DNA of 64,000 nt from Sphaerodactylus townsendi (lineage: Eukaryota): contig NC_059429.1 in assembly GCF_021028975.2 (NCBI RefSeq), positions 100,750,001-100,814,000 of the forward strand, given 5' to 3'. The notes beneath the pieces were generated by a model. That model did not search any database and was not told the origin of the DNA. It saw only the letters and a list, made by a program, of their open reading frames with translations. This document shows, piece by piece, positions 35,201-49,400 of the stretch. How positions within the stretch are numbered: the first letter of the stretch is position 1; each line of letters begins with the position of its first letter. The position numbers were made by a program, and so were the translations under genes.

Positions 35201-37430
35201 CTCCCCTGTTTTCACTACTGCAGGGTGTAGTAACATGCTTATACCACCACTGAAAGCCTTGATGTAGTTTATAGAGTGTTAAAAGTTGTGCATGTTCATC
35301 TAGCAGCCTGCCCTACCCCAAAGGTAAGCTTCTTGTAGACTGAGTTAAGGCATTGATTTCTCTGGTCATAAAGTGCACAAATAAAGGAAGTGAGGTATGA
35401 AAATATTTGTAGCCTCCTTACCAGCAGGAGTAAGGAAACTTTCCTAACTGTCATGACAGGATGACTATCCAGGAGAAACCCAAGCCTGTGAAGCTAAATG
35501 GTGAAAAGTGAACAGAAGCTAGTTGGGAAGTATCCCCCCCCCTTCCTCTAGGCCACACAGCCTGCCAGTTATCATTGTCTCAATGGTTTCTGGATTCAGT
35601 CAAGATAAAGTTTGATAGCAAGGTGGGATATATATCGGAAAATATATATGGAAGGTTCATGTTTCTTGTTTAAGACAGTGCGTGATTAAGGAATTAGTGG
35701 TAAGTTGCATGGTAGAATGATGTTCTATCATGTAAAATGCACAACTAATATCTGTGCCAATAAGGGTTTTTGATTACTCATTAGCACCGCTACATGCGTT
35801 CCTTTGCTTTGCTTTAGTTCCCCACTGGTTATGCTTTTTCATTTTGCACAGTCATCTCCATTCAGAGACTAATAGGTTAATTCGGCAATATTCCTGTACT
35901 CTTGCTTAATCTCCAGGCTAGTGGCCCAACCATTGCTTTTGTGGATTTTGTATGCAGGAAGAAAATCCTGAAATAGAACCAGCCAAGAAGAAGAGCAAGG
36001 CATTCATTAGTTACAGCCTCTGGCTCAGACCCCACTTTGCTGTTCTCTGGCTTCCTAGAAGAAGAGCTTTTGCAACCGTACAATGCGCTCCCTGTTGGGC
36101 CCTTGCATCAGCATAGTTCAGTCCTATGCCAGCTTAGCATAAAATTGAGTGGGAGCCCTATGCAACTTCGCTGCTTCTCAAATCTTATATCCTCTTTGTG
36201 GATTTTTAACAGGAAAAAAAGGCTGAGAGCTCAAAGAAAGTCCATCCCAAGGTATTTACTGTGTAGCAGAAGCTTTATCTCAACATTCCTCTCCTCTGCT
36301 TTCCCCTTTCAGCACTCCTCTCTTAACCGTGCTCCCTCTTTCACTCTCTTCACAGCAATGTGTGGCCTTCTAACCACGTGTCCTGCAGTTGCATGCTAGT
36401 TGTAGACATCACTGTCCCAAAGGATGGAAGGGCATGGCAGGATACATGCCACTGCCCTGGGATTATTGCAGAGGGACAGTGACTTTGTTGTAGTACTAAC
36501 ATTTCTTTTTTAGAATATCCTGTTATCTGAAAAATGTAAATCAGATTTGAAATGCAGCTGTATAAGGTGTGTCTATGGAGGCATTTGTGTGCTGTCTCTT
36601 AATTAAGCTGGAGCTGCTTGAAATGGGAATGTATAATGCACAGCATGTGTATGCTGGACCTCTTGGGAGTTCTGTGCTTGGATCCATTTCTTCAGCCCAA
36701 GACAGTTCTCATGAGTCTATGAACAAGCATTCTGGTGCTTTCCTCCTGGCAGTTGAACCAACTCTGCTTCAGCTGGTGTCATACAAAAATGGCGGCGTCT
36801 AGTTGGCAACAGGGTGAAATGTGGCTCTAGGCCAGAGGTCTGCAACCTGCAGCTCTCCAGATGTTCATGGACTACAAATCCCATCAGCCCCTGCCAGCGT
36901 GGCCAATTGGCCATGCTGGCAGGGGCTGATAATTATGATCCCATGAACATCTGGAAAGCTTTTGATTCTGGAAGCTCTCGGCTTATGTATTAGTGCTTAG
37001 CTGGCAAAGCATTAATCCAATCAAAACAGTTGCTAGTGCTAAGCTTCTCTGAAGCAAAGTTAGATTGAGTCACCTTTCAACACACAATACTGACTTTTCC
37101 CATTGGTTCTTCAGTTCAAAGAGAGTTCTGTTGCTAATCCATGTTAAACCAATTGTAGATACCCTTTTTTTCAACTGTTTTTCCGAAAGTTTAATGCTAT
37201 GCCTGTTTGGAGAAAAGACAGTGATCTCTTTATAGCACTCAAATGTGGGCAACGCATGTATGCTGCCTCAATAGGAATGCACAAGGCATCTTGTCAGCAC
37301 AGATATGCATGGCATGGAGATTGCTTGCGACATTACTAGACCACACAAAGAGATACAGCTCCCACAAATAAGCAGATAAATCAGCTTAATTCTTGGCACA
37401 ATCTACCTTGGATTATGCAGTTCCTTTATA

Positions 37431-37461
<31 letters not shown>

Positions 37462-40400
37462 GGATCTCATTTGTATGGGAGCTTGTGCCCTAAAAAGTTT
37501 TGTTGTTGTTTAAGGTGTTACTGGACTTGAATTTTGTTCTGCTGCTATAGACTAACCCTGCTATCCACCTGAAACTATTCAAACGATTGTTTCCTTGGTA
37601 CATTAATGCATCCAATTCTCCCCCACCTAAAAAAGCTACACCCTTTATAAATGAGAATAAGAGGAAATGAGAAGACTTCATAGTGGAAGAAAAGGGATAA
37701 TGGTAATAAGAGAGTCAGTCACTACTACTGGTTCCCTAGCCTGGACTTCAGAGTCAGCCACCAGTATGGCCACCATGAATGCAAATTTCTGTTGCCCAGT
37801 TGTATGTGGCCCTCTCAGTGCAAGCACCACGCACATGCACATCTCATTGTACTTGCATTGCATAGTCATCTGTTCTAGGTCAGCAGGTTCTGCACCAAGT
37901 GGATATCAGTCTAGCTACAAATAGTGAGCGTCTGCTGTCTGCATCCCCACCTCCCTTGCTGAGGAACAGTCTTGCTACTTGTGCAGCTCACTGGAAAAAG
38001 GGTGTTGAACTATTGGTTAATGTCTATTTAAAGACCTTTAGTAACTGTAATATAGGAGTATGGTGCTATACAGGTTTTGAGTTCCATTATTGTTCAGCCT
38101 TAGGGAGTGGCTAATTGCAGGGGGAGGCGCTTTATAACCCATAGGTTTTATTGTTATGGGAGTGTAAAAAGATAGTGTCATACCTGTATGCTTTCAGGGA
38201 GGTGAATTGCTTCTTTCCAAAAGTTTACAGCTGTTGGTAATGAAGGCTGGGCCACAAAAGGATGGGGGAACCCCACAGAAACCTGCCTGCGGATATCCTG
38301 TTCCTGGTTGCAGGAGTCCTGCCACTGTTTGGAAATGATGGCATTTTAAATTTGACTCCTTGGGCTCGAACTTTCAAAGAAGATTTCTTAAATCCAGTGA
38401 TAATTGGGAGCAGGTATTTCTGCACTTGTCAAAAAGAGAAAAAGTTCATTTTGCAGTGCTAGCTGCTAGACGTTAATGCCCTTCACAGATAATATAATGA
38501 TTACCTTTTCAAGTTGAGAGTGAGATTAGGGAGAGGTGACTTGGTTTTGCCTTAGAATAGCAGACTTTTCAGTGTGTTTGTGATGTTTTACTCAGCCTCA
38601 TGTCCCCGTTTCATGACTTAATTGACACATACAGAAATGCTAAGTTGTAGGGTTGTATTTTGCTGCTGGAGCTGCCTTGCCATACGCCAGAATCCTCAGC
38701 TGCAGGCTCTGACTTCATACTCCATCTCTTATTGTTACTGTTTTCAGTTCATGCACGCTTCTGCCTCTCTCTCAGCTTGGGAATGCTTTTCCCTCGATGG
38801 GAGGGGAGAGATACATCAATAAAAATGATGGAGCCCCTGAAGAAGGGCAAGTAAAGAGCTGCAATCTCTGCTTGATCTTCTTCTGGTGTGTGTGAGAGTT
38901 TCAGGTTTAGAGAAGGGATCACAGCATGTCTAAACCAGGGGTCTGCAACCTGCGGCTCTCCAGATGTTCATGGACTACAACTCCCATCAGCCCCTGCCAG
39001 CATGGCCTGATGGGATTTGTAGTCCATGAACATCTGGAGAGCCGCAGGTTGCAGACCCCTGGTCTAAACTATCTTCAGGTGGGTAGCTAGATCTGCCGTA
39101 GAAGAGCAAGCTTCAAGATCAGTAGCATCTTAAAAACCAACATAATTTCCAAGGTTTGAGCTTTCCAGGATCAAAGCTCCAGTTGTCAGATGCAAGGGAG
39201 CACTGGCTCTTGAAAGCTCATACCCTGGACTCAAATCGTACTCTGAACTGTCATTTTAATGTGCCTTTATACTCAGTTCAGCTGAGTATTCAGAGGGAAA
39301 TACAGTACGCTCAGGTATAATGCCACTACAATCCTTCCATTTTGCACATTTTTATTTGGTAAGTATTTAGGGTGCATATATAATACAAAACTTCAAAGCA
39401 ACTTCATGGAGTTGCTAATTTGTACAGGGAAGAGGTGCTCAGCTTGTGTGTTGCCCTCCCATCATGGGAGAAACATGTTCTTTACCCCTTACCTAACTAT
39501 CGTTTTATACTGTTTCTGCCCTGGCTGTTAGTGGATCTTTTGCTTTGTTTTCAAAGACCCAGCTCCTCCCCCCCCCCCCCCCCCCCCGGGCGCCACACAC
39601 AGAATGTGTCTTTCTTTCTGGTTATATAATTGTTGAGCAGTAAGACAGAAGTGTCCCCTGCCATATTTTTTCTCTGCTTCACTACTCACTCTGCCCTCCT
39701 GTATCTTTATCTGAAGTACCCGAGCCCTTCGGGGGAGGGCGGTATACAAATCAAATAGTACAATACAATACCTTACTTGAAACAAGCCCTATTGAACAAA
39801 TGTCTCTTAATTTTCACTACTTTGTTCAGAATTAGGAAATTGGTGCCCATAGTGGTGAACACATCCTCCCATGTGCTGCATACAAGATATTCTTGTGTGT
39901 GTGTGTGTCTGGGATAGCTGGGGTTGCTGTCCTTGGGCAACTAGGCTAGAGTTAGGGATGGACTTGATGGTGGAGAACCCCCTTCCTAATACTGAGTATA
40001 AATTAATGTGGCTGGCTACCACCATCTCTTGCAGAATGTCACTGGGCTTTTGGAGAGGTGTTTTGCTGCAATGGTCTCTCAGTTCCTTGATAAGTGGACA
40101 TCTTATTAAGTGAATGCAGCTCCAATAGAAGCACTGCTTAGCGTGCATATTTAATACATTCAGTTGTTTGTGAATAAGTCTCCATGTTTGGAGCATTTGT
40201 TGCAAACTTAGATGTTGGAGTTCCTGGTATGCCTAAAAATGCTCTCAGGAGATAGCAGGTATACACCAGTGGCTAAGAATATGAGCTACAAATCAGGGAG
40301 TATCTGGCTCGAATTCACTAAGTGGCCTTACACAAGCACTTGCTCTTGTACAACAGATGGGGGTATGTGTTGAGTATAAGAGTGATAATACTGGCCTACC

Positions 40401-43400
40401 TTAGATGGTTGTTGCATGGATTATAGCATGATCTTGTATGAGAAATACTTCAGAATTTTAAAAAGAGTTGTATGAATGCTGAATATTAGAAATGCCATTT
40501 ATGTCAATAATGGACTTGATGGCCCTTGTGGTCTCTTCCAATTTATGATTCTATGTAGTTGCAATCTCAGCTGATGAGTTTTTGCTCACTATAGCGCATG
40601 TTGGCAGAAATGCACGTTGAGTCTCACTTGCATATTTCAGAATCATTTGATTCTTATATATGGCCTCAGTGAATGCACAGTGGAGGGAAAATGAAGTGGT
40701 GTGGATGATGCTGGTTTCAGTGAGAGGAGCTGAGCTGCTTTACTGAAAAATTATTTAAAAATCTTTAAAATGATGCAAGTTCATCAGGTTGGAGGTTCAT
40801 ATTGTTGTAGTCACACTTGAGTACCAGTTACACACATATAACTTCTCAAAAACTTGATCATATATTCTCAAGAAGAGCTCAGATGGATATCCCTTTATGT
40901 ACACTAGAACCACTAATGTAGTTTTAGAGCAATTGTTAAAGCATGGCACTGCTGCTTGGAATTTTAACTTTTAGTGTCTGCCATGGATTCATTATTTTGA
41001 CCTTGGGGAAGTTTGTGTCTCAGCTTCAGTTCCCCATCTGTATACAGAAGTGATAGAATCCTGCCTCCTTTGATGGAGAGCAAAGGCAAGGATTTTAAGG
41101 AATTGGATAATTTAAGTGTTCATAAATGATAAACAGTTGTAAACACAGCAAAAAATGTGCTTTCTCCTGAGGGTAGTTCCTCGCAAGTGTGGCTCAGGAA
41201 GGAGAACATTCTAAAGCGGCCCGAGTTACATCTAGAGGGTGGAAAAACTATGTTCAAGAATAAGAATAGTTGCTTAAAGACAACACTACTTGGGCTAGGA
41301 CAAAGAGTGTAACATTTTTGCAGCCCATAAAGGGGGAAGTTACTCTTGTAAATAAAAACGGGAACTGTAAAGCAGCACTCTGATTCAAAAGGCAAAACAA
41401 GTTTCAGATTCTTTCAGAGTACCTTCACTTGAGGTGTAAGAATTTCACTGTGATTCTCTCCCCCCCTCCCCAGTGAATTATCTTGTCTCTAAATATCATG
41501 ACTCTTACTATATGATTTTCTTCAGACTCCTTGGAATTCAGAAGTTGATGTTTGGTGGCACGAAGTTATGAAAAATGCTAGCAAGGAGTGTGAGCCTGTT
41601 TGGTGTGATGCAGAAGATGAATTGTTTATTCTCTACACTTCTGGATCAACAGGGAAACCAAAGGTAAAGTGCTTTATTCCGGGCAATTGCCAAAGTGGGC
41701 TGGTGGAGATTTGCAAGCATGTTTATTCAAATATTTATTGCCCTCTTCTTATCAGAAAGAGGACTCAGCATGGCTTTATCACACCACTTCTGACCTGTTC
41801 GCTATGTGTCCTCTTGCCATTTGAGGTTTTGCTGGGCTGGGGTGTCAGTGGAACCAGAAGCTTATGTTTACAAATGCTTCACTATAATGCGATGTGTGGT
41901 GAGGGTTGTATATTAGGTGAAATATAGCCCACAGACTTGTTCTGGAATGATTGTGTGCAGGCCGTATTCATTACACTGAACAGTTCTTAAGCTTTTGCTG
42001 CATGCTATATAGACAAGTCAGTTTATTGATATCTTGTGAAAATGGCTGAAGTGACCTAATCAATTTAATAGGGAATTGTCATCATGAAACAAAACGAAAT
42101 CATGCCGTACCTCCTTCTTAATAATTCAACTCTGACATGGTGAAGTTGAGAAAGAAGTATTTAAAGACGTGACCACTGAAAAACTTTGGTATAAAGCAGC
42201 TCTTGGTATAAAACATTATTTCAACATCCACATTTCTGCAGAGCTCCAGCATCATGAGTATTTAAAAGTGTGGTGTAGTGGTTAAGAGCAGGTGGATTCT
42301 AATCTGGATAATCTGGAGAGCCAGGTTGGATTCCCCTCTCCTCCACCTGAGTGGCAGAGGCTCAACTGGTGAACCAGATGTGTTTCTGCACTCCTACATT
42401 CCTGCTGAGTGACCTTGGGCTAATCACAGTTTTTCAGAACTCTCTCAACCCCACCTACCTCTCAAGGTGTCTGTTGGGGGAGAGGAAGGGAAAGGAGTTT
42501 GTCTCTACAGGACAGAAAGGGGGGTATAAATCCAAACTCCTACTCCTCCTCTTCTTCTAAAAGGGCCAGTTCACCTGAGTAGAAGGTGTATATGAGTACA
42601 TAATTATAAAACAGGAGATAGCCCTATGAAGAAGAATACTTGTGTAAAATTTGGGGATCTTTCATCAATCTCTAAGTGAAACAGTATTGAAATTCTCTCT
42701 ATTGGTATGCTTGTTTGTGGTTTCGAAATGAATCAGCTCAGAAGCTGTTGTACAGAAGACTCCAAGCACATGTCTTGTGGTATCCAATCAGTAATAGTCA
42801 CCAGTGTAGGTTTTCAGTGCTCTCCTTTCTAGTTAGCATTATTGAATTGTGTTGTATTAAGCTGTCAGCAAGGGTACCAAGAGTGCTATTGGCTTGACTT
42901 CCCAGCAAGCTGTTATCTGGGGTTTCATCTATCACCTCAACATCATGTTCAGTAACTTTAAACTGAAAGGAGAATCATTTGTAATGTTACTATTATTTAA
43001 TAACTATAAATATGTTACATGACCTTTGGAAAGGACCCCTGCCTCCTCACCTTTGTTATGAGACTGCAAGTGAACTTGGAATAATTAGAAGTTTGGATTT
43101 ATACCTAACTTTTCTCAGCCATGAGGAGTCTCAAAGCAGGTTACAGACTCCTCCTCTTTCTCTCCTCAAACAAGCATCTTGTGAGGTAGGTGGGGCTGAG
43201 AGAGTTCTGAGAGATCTGTCACTAACCCAAGGTCACCCAGCAGGCTTCATGTGGAGGAGCAGGGAAACACATCCATTTCACCAGCTTAGAATCTGCTCCT
43301 CATGTGGAGAAGTGGAAAATCAACCCTGGTTTTCCAGATTAAAACCCACCACTCTCAACCACCTCACCAGAAAAGTGTTACAGTGGTGGAGTTTTCCTAT

Positions 43401-46400
43401 AAAAACAATTTTTTCCCTGTACAAAACTGATCACATAAACTCACCTTTAGTGAGCCGTCATGTTAAAAGTAAACATTTTGTGCTTCAGAATACTATTTTG
43501 AAGTATTATTCTTGTAATAGGCAAAGCAGTCTGTGTTCTTTCTTAACAATTTTAATGAATATCTTGTGTTCCTTGTTTCAGGGAGTTGTACATACTATAG
43601 GTGGATATATGATTTTTACGGCTGCTACATTTAAATACGTATTTGATCACCATCCTGACGATATTTACTGGTGTACAGCTGACATTGGATGGATAACTGG
43701 TCATTCCTACCTCACGTATGGGCCTTTGGCAAATGGGGCAACCAGTGTCTTAGTAAGTTCTATGGTATAAGTTATAGATGTAAGGGAAAAGTGTGTCTGG
43801 GAATGCTGAATTCCTTGACAGAAGTTGAATTTGTATGTCATCTCAGGTGCTGATGTGTTTATATCAGTGTCTATAAACATTGTCATCAACGACTTCAGGT
43901 CAAGAAAACAATTTAGCAGTGTGGATATATAAAGTTCAGTGTGGTGCCAAAGCCATATCTTGGAACAGAGATTCATGCTGTCCAGAGCCAAGGAGATGGG
44001 TTCCATGTTGTGTGATAGCCTTAAAACTGAGTGCCATAATATTTCTCTTTTTCATTCTGCCATTCTTCTGGGAGAATTCGCCAGAGCAGATAAGCCAGCT
44101 TGTGCCAGATAGTGAGACTGGTTGCAGTTAACATTTGTGCTGGTCACTATTGTTTGGGCTACAGGACTGCATTTTGCACCACATGCTGGAAGAAGCAACA
44201 GTTGAAGTGGTTCTTGCTAACAGTTGTGTCTCCTGCTCAGTTTGAAGGGCTTCCCATTTACCCAGATGTTGGCCGTATGTGGAGCATCATTGACAAGTAC
44301 AAGGTGACCAAGTTCTACACAGCACCCACTGCCATCCGCCTCCTTATGAAGTATGGAGATGAACCTGTTAGGAAGTAAGCATGACTTCAGGAGAACAGGA
44401 CAGTGCATGTGTCCTGTATGAACATTTGAAGCTGCCTTATACCTAATCAGACTATTTTCCTATCTAGCTGAATATTGTCTAATCTGACTGGAGCAGGTAT
44501 CATAGGCTGTTGGATGGAAAAAGCTCTTCAACAACACCTACTGCCTGGGGTCCTCTAACTGGAGACGCCTGGGACTCAGCCTGGGACCTTCTGTGTGCAA
44601 AACCAGATGCTGTGTTACGGGGTTTTTCAACAGATAGCCCCTGAGCTAACCTGCAGAATAGCTCGTGCATGCCTTAGATCAGGGGTAGGGAACCTGCGGC
44701 TCTCCAGATGTTCAGGAACTACAATTCCCATCAGCCCCTACCAGCATGGCCAATTGGCCATGCTGACAGAGGCTGATGGGAATTGTAGTTCCTGAACATC
44801 TGGAGAGCCTCAGGTTCCCTACCCCTGCCTTAGATAGAAGATCCAGGAAAAGATTGCTCTGCTTATCTGATAGCTTCTTTTTGTTGCTTTCCCTAGTTTA
44901 TATTCTGTTTCTATGACAGAATGAAACTTGAAAGTTTGCCAGGGGAGGGTTGGGGGAGGAAGTACCTCAGGATATTTGTCACTGCTTAGCAGTAGCTCTC
45001 ATTAAAGAAAAGGTTGGTGACCTCTGTTCTATCACTTAACCCCAGATTATCCAGCATGCATTTAGAATTGGACCAAAGCAAACTGCCTCAGCCTTTATCC
45101 ACAGGCACTTAAGTTTTGGGAGAATACTTATTTTTAACCTTTTCATTTGTGTTTTGTAACAAACTGATGAAGTGGGGGAGGATAATATTTGACTGGAACT
45201 TAGTTTGAGTTCTACTATTGCAGGTGCTAGAAGATACCTGCCCAAATCTTCTCCAGATAACGGTTCTTGCAGTTAGTATCTCTTGGCATGCCTCTCTAAA
45301 TAACCTTTTCTGGATTTCTAGAACTGACATTCAAATCTAGTATCTAGTGAGTGTCCTCTGTGCTGCAATCTTCCTGGAATGTTCTTAGAACCTTCATGTA
45401 GAACCTCCCCCCCCGCCCTCCTTTTATTTTTAAACACGTGTGCTTCTTGTGGCAGGTACAGCAGGAAGTCTCTGAAAGTGTTAGGAACAGTTGGGGAACC
45501 CATAAACCCAGAAGCTTGGCTGTGGTACTACAAGGTTGTGGGAGAAGAGAGATGCCCTATAGTGGATACCTTCTGGCAGACAGAGACGGTGAGTTCTTAC
45601 GCTTGCTTGTTGATGTGAATAGTGGGATCCTCCTTGCTCTTTCCAAGCATTGAGATTTCATCGCCAAATATGCTGGAGTCTGCCTGTAGTATAAGAACTG
45701 TTGCTTGGAAATGCGCGGCTCAAAACATATCTCCCATCTCTTTGGTCTGACTTTTGCCAGTATGCTGGTAGGGGCACTGTGTACCGGCATCTGCTTTCCT
45801 GTTTTTCTGAGCCAAGCTCTCCTGTATAATTACTCTTCTACTTCATGGCCTTCATTTAGATATGTGAATCAGCATGTTGAGAACTAACCTTCTGCCCTAT
45901 TCAGACTGTAAAAACATTTAGGTGGTTCTTTTCTAAAGAAATTGATGTTTTCATGACCATTTTTGGTTTTTTTCCTCCAGGGTGGCCATGTGTTGACTCC
46001 TCTCCCTGCCGCCACACCAATGAAACCAGGATCTGCAGTGAGTATGGCTCTAGCTTGTTCTTTTTTGTTTGTGGCCATGCTTTTTCCTCTAGTGGTGACT
46101 TTGAAATTGTTTCTGGGCAGGGGGCACCACACCTGCATAGTGCTACTCTTAAGAACATACAGAAATACCCAGTGTGGGGTGACTGTATGTTGATAAGCTT
46201 TCCTCCCTGTTTGAATGCTGACCAGCAGCATTTACTGTTATCTTAACGTTACATACCCTTCTGTGGTGAATTCTTTAATATGGGCATATACACAAAGTTC
46301 AATATCTTACTCAGTTCTGGGCTAACTTCCTTTCCCAAGTCCAGCTTCTGTCTTCTTTTTTCTGGGATAAAGTGTGTACTTTTCCAATTCTTTAAAATTT

Positions 46401-49400
46401 TGCTGCGAATTTTCTTTGGCAGACATTCCCTTTCTTTGGGGTGGTTCCTGCTGTGCTGGATGAAGCTGGGGAAGAGCTGGAAGGAGAAGCAGAAGGCTAC
46501 CTGGTAAGAAGTTCTTATTGTTGCTAGCTGAACCCCATCATTGTTGAAAGTGTGTTATGAGCCACGGAGTATGATTCCCATTTTGCCAAAGCCTGTCCCA
46601 TAACACAATTCTTGTGATCTGTAGTGGCTTTTATCTGCCTGGTAGGGTGATCATGCTTTTCAGGAGGGGCTGCAGTTCAGCACTCTCAGGGTACTGAACT
46701 GGTCTCAGATTAGATCAGAGTTGCCTTGTTGGAGGAGAGAAGATTTGCAATATTGCATAAAGGGGCATGCAAGTAGTTTTCCAAAAGGAGGAAAGCATTG
46801 TCGAACATGTTGGCAGAATGGGCTGTGGCCCAGAGCAGAGTTATAGTGACTGAAAGGCAATGGGTTTTTTTGTTGTTTGAACACTGCGTAGTTTCTGAGA
46901 CTAGTTGCTGCAGTGCTGTTTATGAAAGCTGAAACAATTCTTTCCGTGTTTTATGGGTCATGGTTCTGTTACAGGGGGTACAAGTGTAGCGATGTGCTTC
47001 CTTTCAAGTCCTGAGCATTGAAATGTTTGAAATACCATTGTGCTTGGAACTGTGCTGTGCATTGCCTGCACCATGGCCAGGGGGTCACATGCCTGTTCTT
47101 CCTCCAACAAGAAGCTCAGGACATAGTGTGTAACAGGCTGTGATACACCTCTGAAGATGCCAGCCACAGATGCAGGCGAAACGTTAGGAACAAGATCCAC
47201 CAGACCACGGCCACACAGTCCGGAAAACCCACAACAACCAGCAAGCTCAGGATTATTGTGTAAAGTGGGTTAGCCTGAGAAACCCACTTCACACAAGTGT
47301 GCTATATACTTCAGTGAGGATTTGAGCACACTCTTCTCATCCCAAATCCACTTCTTTGTCCACTAATCCATAAAGCCAGTGGTTAGCGAGGAGATCCAGA
47401 AGCAGATGTTGTACATAGCCATGCAGAAAAATAGTTCGGAAGTGTTCTCCAATTAGAAAGAGGAAAAAAATTGCATCTCTAGGTATACTCTACCCTTCTT
47501 CACCTTTTAATAAAGTCTTTTCTCTAACCTCTCCTTTAGGTTTTTAAGCAACCCTGGCCTGGAATAATGCGCACAGTGTACAAAAACCACCAGCGGTTTG
47601 AGACCACTTACTTCAAGAAGTTTCCTGGTTACTACGTGACTGGAGACGGTAAGGCTCCAACACAACATCTTGGAGTCAGGTGTATTGATGTCCTAATGAG
47701 CTTGCTCTCCCCTAACATAGAAGGGGGAACCTTTACATCCACAAGATGCCTTGGCTACTTCTGGGTCAGGGCAGCTTCCTTACAGTGTCCAATTTATTGG
47801 TCTTTTTTCAGGCTGCAAGAGAGATAAAGATGGTTATTACTGGATCACTGGTCGAATTGATGATATGCTGAATGTTTCAGGTAAGAGCAAAGTCCTCCAG
47901 TATTTGCAAAAAGTTGGACCTACTTGAAAAACATCTTTAAAACATGGCAAAGTTCATAATATCGTGAACCTTTGTTGGGTATGAAATATTTCCTCCCTGA
48001 GTAGTTTGTCCCCCCCCCCAAAAAAAACCCCACCCCCAAACAAACAAAATCCTGCATTCAGTCATTGTTGAGAAGTATAAACTGCAGCAGATGGATAAAG
48101 AGAGTTCAAGAGCAGCACTTGGCACACCAGTATGCTAAATGGGGGCATGATTCAGCTGATGTTGAGCCACTGTGGATGAGATGAGAACCAGCATTGGCTT
48201 TGAGCTGTAAAAACAATTAGGACTCTGAGAAGTAAACTCTGAAGTCACTGAAAATTGTATCAGTGCTTCTAGTAGTAGGGAAGAAGTGAAAAGGTAAAAG
48301 AACAGCTTCATACTTATCTGCCTAGATTATCCTGAATATAAAACAGATCTAGATTAGAAATACAGGTTTCATTTTGTACAGTGATTGATAAAATTCATAT
48401 AATGCATTTTGTTGCCTAATGGGGAAATTGCCTTGCATTAGAGATATCTTCTGCAGGATGAGCTTTGAGCAGTCAGCCAAACACTTAAGTGTCTGAATAC
48501 TTCCTTATGCATTCAGGGACATATGCAAATAATATCTGTATTAGAATTGCTATCCCAGTACCTAAAGTAAAGGGCATTCAGTTTCACAAAAGGCACTTGC
48601 ATCAGCTATTTCCCCCTGTCTTTTTTGAAATGTCTTTTTTGAAATGTCCATATTAAGCAAAAATTCCATCAAAATATTTTCTTTTTTTGGTTGTAGTATC
48701 TCCATGACCATTTAGGAATGCTGACATCAGCCAGTGTTACCAATATTATCATAATCTGGGACTCAACTGCTTCTCACATTGTGCATTATCTTTTAATATT
48801 TGTGAACCATTGTGGTGTGGTGGTTGGCTATGTCTCAGTGGTAGAGCATTCAGAAAGTCCCGGGTTCAACCCCCAGCATCTCCAATAAAAAGATACAAGT
48901 AGGAAGTGGTATGAAAGATATTCTGGAATTCAGATTAGACAACATTGACTTTGACCAATATTCTGGCTTGATATAAGGCCCTTGATGTGCTTGTGTGTTG
49001 TGTTGGGTTAGGACTGGGGAGGCTTGTGTTCAAAACCTTATTCAACCTGGAGGATTTCTGGGTGATGCTGGATTGTCCACTCTTTCTTGGCCTATCCTAT
49101 CAAGTTGTTAGGATAAAATGGAGGAGAGGGAACACTGTATGCCAGTCTGTTTCTTAGGGGGAAGCATGGGAGAAGAATGTCACATAAATGATATAGAAGA
49201 TGCCTTGTCACTCAGGTCAGCTTATTTCTTCCTGCTTGCAGGACACTTGTTGAGCACTGCGGAAGTAGAATCAGCTCTGGTGGAACACTCGGCCGTTGCC
49301 GAGGCAGCTGTGGTGAGCCATCCGCATCCAGTGAAGGGAGAGTGCCTCTACTGCTTTGTGACTCTAAGGGACGGTCACGAGTTCACAAAGAATTTGATGG

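Noticed and set aside
43012-43770. 252-aa ORF
   Set aside because: Chance read-through of an antisense SINE and intron into ACSS2 exon 9.
293-44827. Recurrent palindromic repeats as a CRISPR-like array or miRNA genes
   Set aside because: Dispersed, with TIRs and 8-bp TSDs, so they are hAT MITEs; there is no spacer architecture.
48828-48882. tRNA-like sequence with A/B boxes
   Set aside because: No cloverleaf; it is a SINE head nested in another SINE.
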